64,000 nucleotides of DNA from Ramazzottius varieornatus (Eukaryota; Animalia; Tardigrada). Under the pieces are notes generated by a model that had not been told where the DNA came from, did no database searches, and saw nothing but the letters and a program-made list of their open reading frames with translations. The position numbers and the translations under genes are program-made. Positions 21,499-33,700 of this stretch are shown piece by piece (within the stretch, counting starts at the first letter, position 1; each line of letters begins with the position of its first letter). Location of the stretch: NCBI GenBank assembly GCA_001949185.1, contig BDGG01000010.1, positions 1,125,773 through 1,189,772 on the forward strand. Reading direction: 5' to 3'.

Positions 21499-22788
21499 CA
21501 GCCACTGGCAGCCAAGTGTTCACTTCTCTAGAAAAAAGTTCTTACTTCCTTCAGACAACAGATAACCTCTTCATTTAACTTCTACATGACCACCGTGTCT
21601 GTCCAGCATCGTTTGGACACGACCTTGCCAAGAGGAAAGCGTACTCCGAATTTCAGCGATATCATAACTTTCACAGACTTTTTTGATAACGCTAATGAGG
21701 CCTTTTATGGTGGTCGCCTTCCGCTCAGACAAAATTCTCTTGAGATTTCCGTTGATCCCGTAGTCCAAACGGGCTAAGTCAGGGCTGTTCGCCATCCAAA
21801 TCTCCTTCGGAATATACTTGACACGATGATCTTTGAGGTGCTGGATGGTCAGCTTGGCCGTGTGAGATGGAGCACTGTCCATGCGGAAGATGACATCTTT
21901 CGCCGAATTCCCGTAGAGCCTGGGAATGTCTTCATGGATCATCTTCGAAAGGATTTCATCAATGAAGTACTGGGCTGTCACCTTGGCAGAGCCGTTTACG
22001 ACGTAGGCGCGCGACATTCCGAACCAGCAGATTCCAATGGCGATCATGACTTTCTTGGGCCACCGCTTGGTCGTCTTTTTCTTCCACTCTTCAGGAATTT
22101 CTGCCGATCCATCAGTCCAAAAGTGGTCTGTATCCACATTGCAGTCATCAAGACTGATCCAAGTCTCGTCCATAGTGAAGATATGACGGACTTTGAATGG
22201 ACCTAGATACGAGATAAAAAGCTTCCCCCGCTCATACCTCTGTTTCTTCTGGGCTTCCGTGAGGTCATGCAGTTTCCTCTTCTTGCGCACTTCCAATCCA
22301 AGATTCTGGTGGATCATCCGGCCTACACTGCGGATGGATACTTGGAGCTTCTTAGCAATCTTCTGTAGCGAGTCAGGATTCTTTTTGACGACAGCTTTCT
22401 TGACTTTGTTGACATTGTCCTGGGTGCATGCAGAGGGAAGGTTTTGCGGAGGAAGACGTTTCGCCAGGTTGGTCCATCCATTTCTCTCCTTTTCTTTCTC
22501 CTGGCAAATCTTGAGCACTGTGCGACGACTCAGTGAAAACCCTTGGCTGGCAAGACTCTCAGAAATTTTAGGGTAGGTGAAACCTTGATCGCGTAAAGCG
22601 ATCACCAAGGAAGATGTTTCAAAAGAAGTTTTTGCAGGCATGTTGAAAGATTGTTCTTGGAAAAGTTGTTCAAACGATAATGGAAGGATCGTTTTTTGAT
22701 TGATCAGCTGAGATGGTTGCGCAATAGGTACAGGGATCTTTGTTTTGAGTCGCGTTTTGTAAAGTGAACACTTGGCTGCCAGTGGCTG
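21499..22788 (-). mobile_element. maT (DD37D) Tc1/mariner transposon
   Basis: Perfect 27-bp TIRs CAGCCACTGGCAGCCAAGTGTTCACTT; TA on the left, TG on the right. Confidence 0.93.
21571..22641 (-). CDS. maT transposase, uninterrupted ORF
   Basis: FTMDE, MDSAPSH, SPDLARLDY with 37 residues between the second and third Asp. Confidence 0.9.
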   Translation of the reverse strand: MPAKTSFETSSLVIALRDQGFTYPKISESLASQGFSLSRRTVLKICQEKEKERNGWTNLAKRLPPQNLPSACTQDNVNKVKKAVVKKNPDSLQKIAKKLQVSIRSVGRMIHQNLGLEVRKKRKLHDLTEAQKKQRYERGKLFISYLGPFKVRHIFTMDETWISLDDCNVDTDHFWTDGSAEIPEEWKKKTTKRWPKKVMIAIGICWFGMSRAYVVNGSAKVTAQYFIDEILSKMIHEDIPRLYGNSAKDVIFRMDSAPSHTAKLTIQHLKDHRVKYIPKEIWMANSPDLARLDYGINGNLKRILSERKATTIKGLISVIKKVCESYDIAEIRSTLSSWQGRVQTMLDRHGGHVEVK

Positions 22789-24946
22789 TGCAAACCGTGT
22801 ATCTTGTCTCCACCAAATATTCAACACGCTGTGACACTTGTCTCAGCGCGGCAGCGAACGAGCAGCGAAGCAGCCAGCTGTTCTCACGCACTATGGCGTT
22901 ACTCTGATAAGGATTCACAAGTTTTAGTTTCTGTCAATCTCGACTTTCTCTGGTAGATCCTGGTTTGTGCCGTTCACTGCCGGCTCGGCGAAACTCCCAA
23001 CGTTTGACGCACCCGTCAGCTTCAAATTCGGAAAACCCAGTCTCGATTCCGTCGAAGGAAAGATGCCAGCTGCGTTGCTGTGCAAACGCAGCGATGGTTC
23101 TCTGCCAGCAAGTCCTCCTGATGACAATGGCGATATCATTGTGTCTGCGAGAACTGTAAAGCCAAATTTTATGAAACCAGTATGAAACGGTTGCCTACCT
23201 CTTGCCGGGTAAGAAGATCCGTCGAGTAATTTCAATACAAGTTTGTTCGAAGTCGTTGCATAGACATCCCTTTGATATATTTTTCAGGCTACCTTAAAGG
23301 AGAAAGGCAACACCAAAGAGCAGCGAGTCATCTTCAGTGTGGAACCGCCAGAACTTCAAGGTCATGATCCGACAACAGCGAAGAACAGACTTCGGCACTC
23401 AACCCATCTTGAAGAAATGGATTTTGGTCGCGGTGTTCAGCCATTTCCAGGTGTGTGAAAAGTTAGATTTTATCATGTTGTCAGTTTTCGTTCTCGTGGT
23501 AAAACCTCTCTGTTGTAAGACGCTACAACCAACACCTACTTTGGATGTAAGTGTACCAGACATGAAAACAAGGACGCGCGGAACAAGGATCGTGTTAGTG
23601 CGAAGGGAGGAATTGGAAAGGATGATACTATAGGAAAGAAGGCGGTGAAGAAAAGGGGAATACGGGTGAATATCACTGACGTAAGAAGCAAAAAGTCGTT
23701 CGAATTAAAAACTTTTGTAGTTTTGAGTTATGCGTGTTCTCTGTTGTATGTGTTTTCAGGGACATCAACACATATACTGGACCACAGCGCATTCCTGTCG
23801 GATATAAAAATTAGGTTCAGCGTATGCGCAGATACAAAATAGTTATCGTAACCATACACTTTCTAGTGTCTCTGTTTTTCTTGAGTCGCCGTTATCCTTA
23901 TTCAGACCGCATGCGTTTCTGATCTCAGATTTTCCTAAGGTCATCGTTTCCTTTAGTCGTCGTTACCCTTTTTCGAAATATCCGTATGAAACTCGCATTC
24001 CTTTTGTAAAGCAATCGCCAGTTTAGTATACTGTAATTACCGTCATTCCGTGGCTGTTCTTTATGTGCTGTACATCTAAAATTCATTTCTCAGTTGAGCT
24101 TCTCTGTCTTTTCCGTATCTTCTCCTTTGCATATGGTTTGCCGAAGCTCAATGAATCTAAGAAACAGTAATCCGCTCCCGTGATCTCGTTTGCCGTTCGC
24201 TCTTTTCCCGGTTCGCTTCTTCCCCTGATTTTTTTCTTTGTATCCCGTAAATTTACCAGTTTATCGGGGCTTACTCTACGCGAGTAGAGTAATCCGAAGG
24301 ATATTACTTGTAAGTTGGGCTGTATCGGATTATATTATACAGTAGGTTCAGACGGAGACAATTATGTTCTTGAAGCTCAGAAAGAAGAGCAAGCTGGATG
24401 GTCGCAGGTTTTTCCATTCCACTGTTTCCAGGTCGATGTCGTCGATTTTCGAACTGGAATAATGCGTTCCGTTCCTAAAATTCCAAAAATGGAGTCTAGT
24501 TAAATTGTGCTATCGAAGCTCGGGAGTACTTCCAGCCACATAAAAGCACTATACCTCTTCAGTTCTTTCTTCCATCTCAATTTTGCATCTTCCGGAAGAG
24601 AGTTTGATTTTGCAGTTAAAGTCCCCACAATGCTCGGATCAAAGTCTCCAACGAGGTGCTCAAGGTCTTGTAGGAGGTTTTCTTCCAATTCTCTCGCACT
24701 TGTATCTGGTCGAAGAACTCGTAGAGGAATGCGAACCCAACTAGAGCAGTCCTCAGGTAAAAGCTTGAAGTCGCAATCTTGGTACGCGAAGGGATTGCGG
24801 AAGAAGCTGACGAAGAGCCCGATAAGTTCAAAACGACATCTCCTAAATGCAATGGCGGAAACTGGTTTTGGTCTACAAAAATGTGTGAATCAGTTGGACT
24901 ACAAAATGCATTGAATGTCCGTGTTAGGTCGACACTTTCTTGTCGG

Positions 24947-25725
24947 CTACAAAGGTGTGTTTAATTGAAACGTCCAGTAAAATTTATCGCCGCGGTAACT
25001 AGAACCCGAAGTTTCATCGATTTCGTCAAGTGTTATAAGTACTAACGGTAACGGATTGCTCCTTGGGTGGCGACGCATGGCCTCAGCATCGTCGCGTCTC
25101 TGGAACAGGTTTGACAGATTGTGAAGTCCCTCGAAAGCCGTCATGTTATCCAACAAAATGTGCGTCAAGTTGACCCCGTTGGGTCGCACGTCTCGTTGAA
25201 GCACAACAAATGACCAAATGACATACCATGATGCCATAGATTGCGACAAGTTGTAGTTTTCGGTGGGTTCGATCCAGTTCAGCTGTAGTACTTTTGTGCG
25301 AGGTGTTACTGCTTTACTGAGTTGCTGGTAGTGTGCCGTATAGCGCACACCAGACTCTGATGGAGGACGTCTGACCGCTATGACGTTAGACTTTAAATCG
25401 GAGAACGTCGTGAACTTATAGTCCGTGTCAAAGGCTGAAACAGGAACAAAAATATCCATACGGACAACCTTCTGCAGACGTATGCTGGAAAGCTCTTCCA
25501 TCCATTCCTTTGACACGCTATAATAAAAACATTCCTTTTACAGACATTTATACCGTTATGATAGATCGTTGTAAGGATAAAGAAAACTCACCGGCGTAAA
25601 CGATGTTGGTGGTGTATTTCCAGTTCAATGAATATCTCCAACATAAGCTCGTCCGGAAGGTCACCCAGCTCAAAAGTACGTTGGGCGTTGGCCAAGTACC
25701 CATCCATCTCCGTGTTTACTCGCAT
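24947..25725 (-). CDS. F-box protein (exons 25725-25592, 25517-24947; 3' end uncertain)
   Basis: Spliced LGDLPDELMLEIFIEL....RLRR|VSKEW F-box motif across a GTGAGT...TATAG intron. Confidence 0.7.
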
Positions 25726-25971
25726 TGACAGCACAAAGATTCTGCCGTAAATCCCAAGTGCACAGGGTTAATCTTGTGGTCCGAGACATGCGTTTATGAG
25801 CGATTCGTCTGAATGCGATACGTATATAAATTTTATGTCAGTCTCATCAGCTTCCACGACAATTGAGCAGCAAGAGACGCCTGACGCTAGAGTCGATGTA
25901 TGGAGGAGAGCGTTCTTCTCTCTTCTATTCAAGGCTAGCCTTGGTCTGCGATAAGCAGGTAGACCACTGTC

Positions 25972-26011
25972 CAGCCAAAGACAAAGCCAAAGCCAAAGCC
26001 AAAGCCAAAGC
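25972..26011. repeat. (CAAAGC)n hexamer microsatellite
   Basis: About 6 tandem units. Confidence 0.9.
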
Positions 26012-26278
26012 AGAAGTCTTTCATAGTTGACGGAAGAAGCGGTTATCGGTCTTCGTTGTATTATTTTTAGCAAAAGACACTGCCGGGGCGGGGAAGGTTT
26101 CTTCTTACAGCAGGCACCGCAAATCACTGTGACGACCCAGGAAGTATCATGATTGCCAGAAAAGAAAACTACAACGCGAGCTCCGTTACTTTTTGTGATC
26201 GATATGCACTGACTCAGTGAAAAGGAGAGAGAATATTGAGCAAATGTTATACCAACTTTCAGGCCTGAGGATAGTGTG

Positions 26279-29200
26279 TCAAAGATTTAACGAGCTATCC
26301 ACACTATATGGTAGCGTCACTCGGAGACGTGGTTCGCTCTCCATGGCCCGCTTGATGGTCCCGTAAGCATTGCTGTTGCCCGACCAAGAACGTCTTGCAA
26401 CCTGCAACCAGCACGGAAATCAGCTCCAACTTAACGTCAGAAAGAGACGAAAAAAGAATTCTCCCACGTACACCGTTGTTGACGTCCCAATGCAGCGTGT
26501 TCTTAGCGCGCTGCTCTGCTTCCGGCGAACCATCCAGCAAAAGTCCGAAGCCACCGTTAATGACTTCTCCCCATCCAACTCCACCTATAATCGAACAATA
26601 GTAAAATCTCTGTCATCTTAAACACTGACACACAGACAATAAAGCGACATGACGAACCTCCATTGTGTAAGGCGACCCAAGTAGCCCCACGGAACGAGTC
26701 GCCTATGCAATTCTGCACTGCCATATCCGCTGTGAACTGTGATCCATCGTAGATGTTGGAGGTCTCTCTGAACGGACTATCAGTTCCCGATACATCGTGA
26801 TGGTCCCTACTAATCACCACCGGTGCCTTCAGAGTCTTGTTCGCCACAGCTTGGTTGATGGCCACTGCGATCGCCGACCGGCCAACTTGATCAGCGTAGA
26901 GAATGCGAGCTTGGGAACCCACGACGAGCTCGTAACTCTTGGCGCCCTTGATCCACTTGGTGTTGTCTTCATACTGCACTGCTGTCGCTTTCGGTACTAG
27001 AAAGATTACTAATCTAGACACTGACTGACCAGTGGAAATTGTCCTTCTTACCGTCCGTTAAAGAAAGGCCTGACAGAACCTCCGCGGCAATCTTGTCGGT
27101 TAATTCGAGGTCCGATGGAACACCGGAAGTGCAGACCCAGCGGAAAGGTCCAAAGCCGAGCGAAAAGATATCTCTGCGCAAACGAAACTCATGCTAAGTT
27201 CGTATTCGGTAAGAGGACAGCATGAGATGATCAGTTTTCGATTAGTGTCTGGTACGAACCCCATAATGTCTTGTACGTAAGATGGGTAAATGAACTTCTG
27301 CTTAGCATGGTCTTTATAAACTTGAGCGCCGGCGCGACCAGCTTCCAGTAAAAAGGCGTTTCCGTAGTCCCAAAAGTGGAGACCTTTCTCCGCGAGGTAG
27401 TTGATAGCGGCGACCTGCCGTCTGAGGCTCTCCTGAACCAGTTTTTGGAAGTGTGGCTGGTCGGTGTGAAGCATGTTCAACGCTTCGTCGTAATTCAACT
27501 GAAACAGCCAAGATTGATTTGCCGAACATTCCTCGTACTATCTTCACCTGAGTTCTGTGGAAAATGAACAAGCTGTGAACAGTATACTGTACCTGGGCAG
27601 GGAAGTAGCCACCGTGGAATGGATTATGTAGCGATGTCTGGTCCGAACCTAGCTCAACCAAAAGCTTTCCACTCTTTTTGTACTCTTCGGCAACTCTCTC
27701 CCTGTAAAATTATACAAGCCATAGTATCGCAGAATTTCTGTCTTCCAAGCTCTGACGTTATATTGGCGTATTCACTATACGAAATTTGATTATTTCACTG
27801 ACCAAAGATCGACAACATTCCCGTGATATCCAATACTTATAGCACGCTTGCTGTTTACGGCGTCTCTAATAAAGGAAATGATCTATATACCACGCAAACG
27901 CAAAGACTCTTGCAGGCTTGTAATAATCTCTGCATCTTGTCGTACGTACTTGATCATCTGGATGCAGTCGTCCAATGAGTCGGTAAACTCATTAAGCCAG
28001 CCCTGACCATGTCGCTTTACGATGGCTTCCTTGCTAACCTGTCAATCAAACAACAGTAGCACGAAAAGCTCACCATCTATCGTACTGGATGGACTACAGG
28101 TTGTACTGGCTGTACCTCCGCTATAACGCCAACGCATCCCGCAATGACGGCAGCTTTTGCTTGTGCTCCTGACATTCCTCCTAGACCGGAAGTTAGGAAA
28201 ACTTTGCCGGCTAAGTCGTTGACTCCGAGGTACATTCTTCCCGCATTCATCAGCGTGATCTGCAAATGTTGATACGTTTAAGAGCTCTTTGAGCGGCCTT
28301 ACTGAATGCTAAACCGAGCAAGCTACATACCGTAGTGCCGTGTACAATTCCTTGCGGGCCGATGTAGCAGTAACTTCCGGCCTGAAAGTTCACAAAGTCG
28401 ACCAGATCGGGATTGATTTCACCTCCAAAAGACCCAGCCTCGTGAGCTGGCATTTCTCGCTCTAAACGTATATCGTTGAGCCGTACTCCCTTACCGTCAT
28501 CTGTCCATACATGGTCACTCCCAACGCGAACATTTTGTTGTAATCATCCCTTGATGAATACTGCGGGATAACCTAGACGAACGGACAAAATAGAACCGTT
28601 GGCTATGGTAGTGAGAAGCTTGGTGAGTAGTGAAGCGAGCAAAGTACCCACTACCCACTATGCCATTGGTGATAACAGCTCGTGGTGCTTCCGCGTGAGA
28701 AGGAAAGAGTCCCATGGGATGTCCAGAGTACATCACCAGTGTTTGATCTTCCTCCATTTCACTTAGGTACTTCATCGTCAGCCAGAACTGGGCCCAGTTG
28801 GAGAAGACTTGTCCATTCCCACCGTACGTAATCTGCATAATGGAATCATCGTTGGCCAAATTTCGATGTATCCTGTCTGATGATATTATACAAACCAGTT
28901 CTTGGGGAAACTGCGCCACTGCGGGGTCCAAGTTGTTCATAATCATGAGCATGATGGCGGCGGCCTGTTGACTTTTGGCGGGATATTCACCTATATGATA
29001 CGCCCTGAAGAAAAAGGTGCCGTTACCTCGCGTCGCGAACCACTTCCTTGTCTCGCAACATGGCTGAACGCGATTATTTCGCTCGGAGGGCCATCTGTGT
29101 AAGTAATACTGGTCGTGAACCTACATCATACGCATCCGTGGAACAAATCTGTACATGTATATATGGCCGTAGTTGTTCAGCTCCTCTGCAAACTCGCCGG

Positions 29201-29529
29201 CCAGCAGCTGGTGAAGATGAGGAGGGAAGTACCTAAGCGCATTTTTGACAGCCAGCTAGAAAACGAAGAACAATTGGTTGCGGAGCTGTTGTCTTAGTCT
29301 CGAAAGAAGGAATAGTTGAGGAAGGAAAGAAGGAATTGTTGGGAAACAGAGCAGACTGAACTAGCCCAACTAGGTTCCTGGTACTGGACCACTGGTATAC
29401 CTTAATTTCTTCGTCGTTTAGTCCGTGGGTTCGCACGGGGGCGTGTGGCAGGAACTCATCTCGCGGAGCATACTCGGGCAACGGGTCGATGGGTATTCCC
29501 GTACGAAAGGCTTGGAGCATCCGAGACAT
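26279..29529 (-). CDS. UROC1: Urocanate hydratase (animal type), multi-exon
   Basis: MIMNNLDPAVAQFPQEL, TYGGNGQVFSNWAQF, GSYCYIGPQGIVHGT, TSGLGGMSGAQ, FWDYGNAF, SRDHHDVSGTDSPFRETSNIYDGS. Confidence 0.97.
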
Positions 29530-30196
29530 TATGATTTCTGACTGCAAACACACCAATGTGTTAATAGCGGTTGTATCGCAACGATGAGGTACATTATACG
29601 TATGTATCATAACTATTATATGGACTCACCTGTTGAATGCGCTGACCGGAAGTGCGCTCGACTGGACGCTATGCAAGCTTCGTCTATAAGCGAAGTTTAA
29701 CGGTCAGTTTCCAGAAATGTCCCTTCAATCGACATTACAGTAGGTGCCAGTGGAAAAGCCCAAGGTAGCACAGATGTTCATCAAACTCATGCAGAACGCT
29801 ATCGACCGCGAAGGCGTCAAACTTCCACTCACGTTCGCATGGTCAATCAGCGATGGATATCTTTTATCGCTTTCTGGATCATTCGATAACGTCTTCTAAG
29901 TAAGCCATACGCTGGAGGGATATGACTGATATCAGAAATTCAGAATTAAATCCATCAAACTGTTCTTCATAGTCATAAAATTAATAAAATTAATCGTTCG
30001 CTAATCGTGGACATGTATCACCGGGTCCGGTATAATTAACCATAGTACTTTGTCTGGTAATCCGTAGCGCAATAAACGCTGAATGGCGTGCCAAGCCAGC
30101 GGAACTTTGTTATAAGTGCCTAGGCCAGCCGGTTGGCAGACCGTTCGTGCCATCGGGCGCAGTCGTCCGCAGCGTATGCGAAAGGGTTGTATACAG

Positions 30197-30462
30197 CGGT
30201 GGACGGGTGATTTATTCAGCCTAATATCGAAAATTACGGAACTGCCACCTACGACCCGTCAAGGACCGGTACAACAGGCAATCTTACCACATCAGTGCGC
30301 GAATTCTACCTCTAATGAACAAGAGACCTGGTGTTCGAACAACATTCGGGACGGTATTTTTCATTGATCGACTGAGTACCGTTCCAAAGTTGGGCTGCGC
30401 TTGAGGTTGCGAAGCCGTTCCGTGTTTTGGATAATTCACTGAATAAATCACCCGTCCACCGC
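30197..30462. repeat. Inverted repeat between the divergent UROC1 and SMC2 starts
   Basis: CGGTGGACGGGTGATTTATTCAG and its reverse complement about 220 bp apart. Confidence 0.7.
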
Positions 30463-30700
30463 TGGTTGTTCCAAAGTATATGTGCGCACTGGATGTTGTC
30501 ATTTTTCCCGCAAAATCTTCTGCAGCTTTTCTCTTCACGTCGCATTCTTCCCAGTTCATCGATGACTACGAACTGCGGACGAGAAAACTCCTTTTGGCTT
30601 ATTCATCAATTGAGCAGGACCGATGGGAAGAGGGTGAGTGGACACGAGAGACACCTTCAAGTTCGGACGTTTCCAACTGCTCCAACGCACGTACGGCAGG

Positions 30701-33700
30701 ATGCATATCAAGAGCATCACTCTGCATGGATTTAAGTCATATGGAGCCAAAACCACAATCTCGGGCTTCGACTCCCAGTTTAACGCAATCACAGGTATGC
30801 CTTCTTTGAGCTTAGATAAGTTGGGACTGTAGCAACGGCGTGATCCTGCTTTTTACGTACAGGCTTGAACGGCTGTGGTAAGTCAAACATTTTGGACGCC
30901 ATCTGCTTCGTTCTCTGCCAGAATGCCCCGACGCCGTTCCGAGTGGACAGTATGCAAGATCTGGTGTACAAGAAGGGTGCGGGAGGTATTAGCTTCGCTT
31001 CCGTAACCATCACATTCGACAACCGCAACAAGCAGCAAAGTCCCATCAACTATGGCAAGCACGACGAGATCGTGGTGGAACGACGCATCGTCCTCCAAGG
31101 CAAAGCCAGCAAGTACACCATCAATGGGAACAACGCCACGCAGACGCAAGTCATGGACATGTTCCGCTCTGTCCAGCTCAATATCCAGAACCCGCACTTC
31201 CTCATCATGCAAGGAAGGATCGTCAAAGTCCTCAATTACAAGCCTGATGAAATATGGTACGGAGAGGAGCGTTTCTTGCATGCGAGAACAGTAGTTACGT
31301 TCTGGTTTATCTTATAGGAAGATGGTGGAGGAAGCAGCTGGAACGATGGTGTATATCACGAAGCGCGACGGCACGTTGAAAATGATCAAAGAGAAAGAGA
31401 AGCGGATCGCGGATATCGATGCTCTCGTTAGTCAAGTTCTGGAGCCACAGATAGCGCGTCTTGCGAAGGACCGTCAAGAACACATCGACGTGCAACGACT
31501 GGGACGCGAAGTGGAAAAGCTACAGTGCGAAGTCGCCGTCCTTGAAGCGTACAAGTACAAGGTATTGAAGCAGATTTTATTGTGTCGGAAGTGAAAATAT
31601 TCGATCAAGCAACTGTATCGCTGATGATCATCGAAATTCAAGATTACAGTTCTTTCCGTTTGTAGACGCACGCACAAGAGACGAAGGCGCAAAGGACGAC
31701 CTTGAAGGAGAAAGAAAAGGAACTCAACGCCAAGAAGGAAGAGATGGCTGAAAGCGTGAAAGAAATCGAGCAAAAGATCAAAAACCTGGAAGAAGGCGAC
31801 AGCGACCAGAGCGATGAACTGAAGACCCTCGAGAAGGCCGCTGACGACCTGCGGAAGAAGATGGTGTCAGCCCAGTCGGAGATCGACTCTAACCGCAATC
31901 TCATCGAAGAAGAGAACAAAGCTATCGCTGAGCTTCATCGGGAGATTGAAGCTAAAGAGAAAGAAACAACAGATCTTAATCGACGTCAAGAGAAGACCAC
32001 ACAGGATTTGGCAGCTGCAGAAGCCAAAAGAACCGACCTGGAAGGTAAGCCACAGGTTCTGATAAGTGTCTAAAGATCAAGACAGCACTAGATTCTAAGT
32101 TTTTTTCGCGGAAATTTCGCAGCAAAACTTATGCAGTTTTCACACTCCCGCACACTGCTTCAACGTACTGTAGTAGTATCATGATTTAAAGTATGCAGGA
32201 GCTTGAAAAAAGGTGATTTTATTGTTCTTTCTTATGTGTCACTCGTGATGATTTAGTTCACTCACTGACTCTCTGATACTTGTCTTACAGGCAATCTTCA
32301 GAAGGCTCAACAGGCCTTGGCAGTCATCGTCACTGGAGTCGGTGGTCGCGATAACGCCGAGTTCGGCTGGAAGAACCAGTGTACGGCAGCTCAGCAAGAC
32401 CTGGCGGACCTCAATCGTCGACTGAACGTGGCCAGAGGAACCCTCCAGAACCTGAGAGAGTCCGCTCGAAAGGCAGCTGAACAGCATACCAGAGTCACAG
32501 GCGAGCACCAGCGCACCATGGCGCAGATCAAGGTTCTACAGGACGAGTTAGTTGCGTTGGGGGAAGCTCTTGAATTTCAGAAGACCACGGCCGCCCAGGC
32601 TTTGAACGAGTCGGGAACTCCGGCTGCTGACTTGAATGCCTTGAGACAAAAACAGCGGGTGCTGTTGAATGAAGTCAGTACTAGCGAACAGAGTATTAGA
32701 AGCTTCGAGGAGAGGACGAGGTACTTGAGCTTGCCTTACACACAAGAACCGCCGGGACTTGACAAGAAGAAGCTGTATGGAGCGGCTGCGAAGTTGTTTA
32801 GTGTGAAAGATCCCGAACGGTTTTTGGTTGCTGTTGACGTAAGTGTTTCTTAGTGGTCAGATGTGGACAGGATTGAAAACTCAGCAAATACACTCGACAA
32901 GATTGTTTTCTCAAGTGGCGCACGTTTTCAGTGTTATTGGCTGAAAGTGTGCGCCAACTGGGAAAACGATCTGGTCGAGTTTGTTTGCCTAAATACTGAC
33001 ACAACAAAATTGACTTTGTGTGGGAATACTAAGCAAGTTTGCATGTCTTGCAGAGCGCTGCTGGTGGGAAGAAGCAGCATTTCGTGGTGGAAGACGAGTT
33101 CACCGCCAAGCTACTTCTCAACCAAGGGAGGATCACTCGGAGAGTTACCATTCTTCCACTGAATCGTCTCCGTGGAACGAGCATCTCCCCCGATGAGGTT
33201 CGTCGGATGCAGCAAAAAGTAGGACAAGATAAAGTATGGGCGGCTATCGACCTCGTCGAGTACGATCCCAAGTTCCGTATCGTCGCTGAATACTTACTCG
33301 GTAAGTCCGACCTAATAAGGAACCACCAGAAGAAGCTTTCATACACGTGCATACAGTATACCACAATAGCTTGGATAGCGATTTGTATGTAGGTTCTTGA
33401 CAGTTTGTTTTATGTTCTTTATCTGCTTTCCCATTACATATTGTATTTGAAGGTTCGACCGTGGTTTGTGCCGACCTGGAAACTGCCAACAGCATCGCCT
33501 TCGATCCGCAGTTCCGTAAGAGCTGTGTGACGCTGGATGGTGACTCTGTCAGCCCTGACGGTATCGTTTCCGGCGGTTCGAGGGTACTTCGAGAAAACTG
33601 CACGATGGAGCATGTCCGACGCTTGACTGACGTTCAGCGAGCTTGTGCCAAACAGCGAGAAAAACTGCGGGAAGTAGAAACCGCCATCGCGGCAGCGCAG

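Noticed and set aside
20700-23460. Coding-like fragments flanking the maT element
   Set aside because: Could be a disrupted gene, but no consistent model or homology could be supported
25768-26127. ORF with WLWLWL run
   Set aside because: Artefact of the hexamer microsatellite
32175-32280. C/D-like boxes (GTGATGA, CTGA) in an SMC2 intron
   Set aside because: Overlaps the branch point and 3' splice region; only about 8 nt of possible rRNA complementarity
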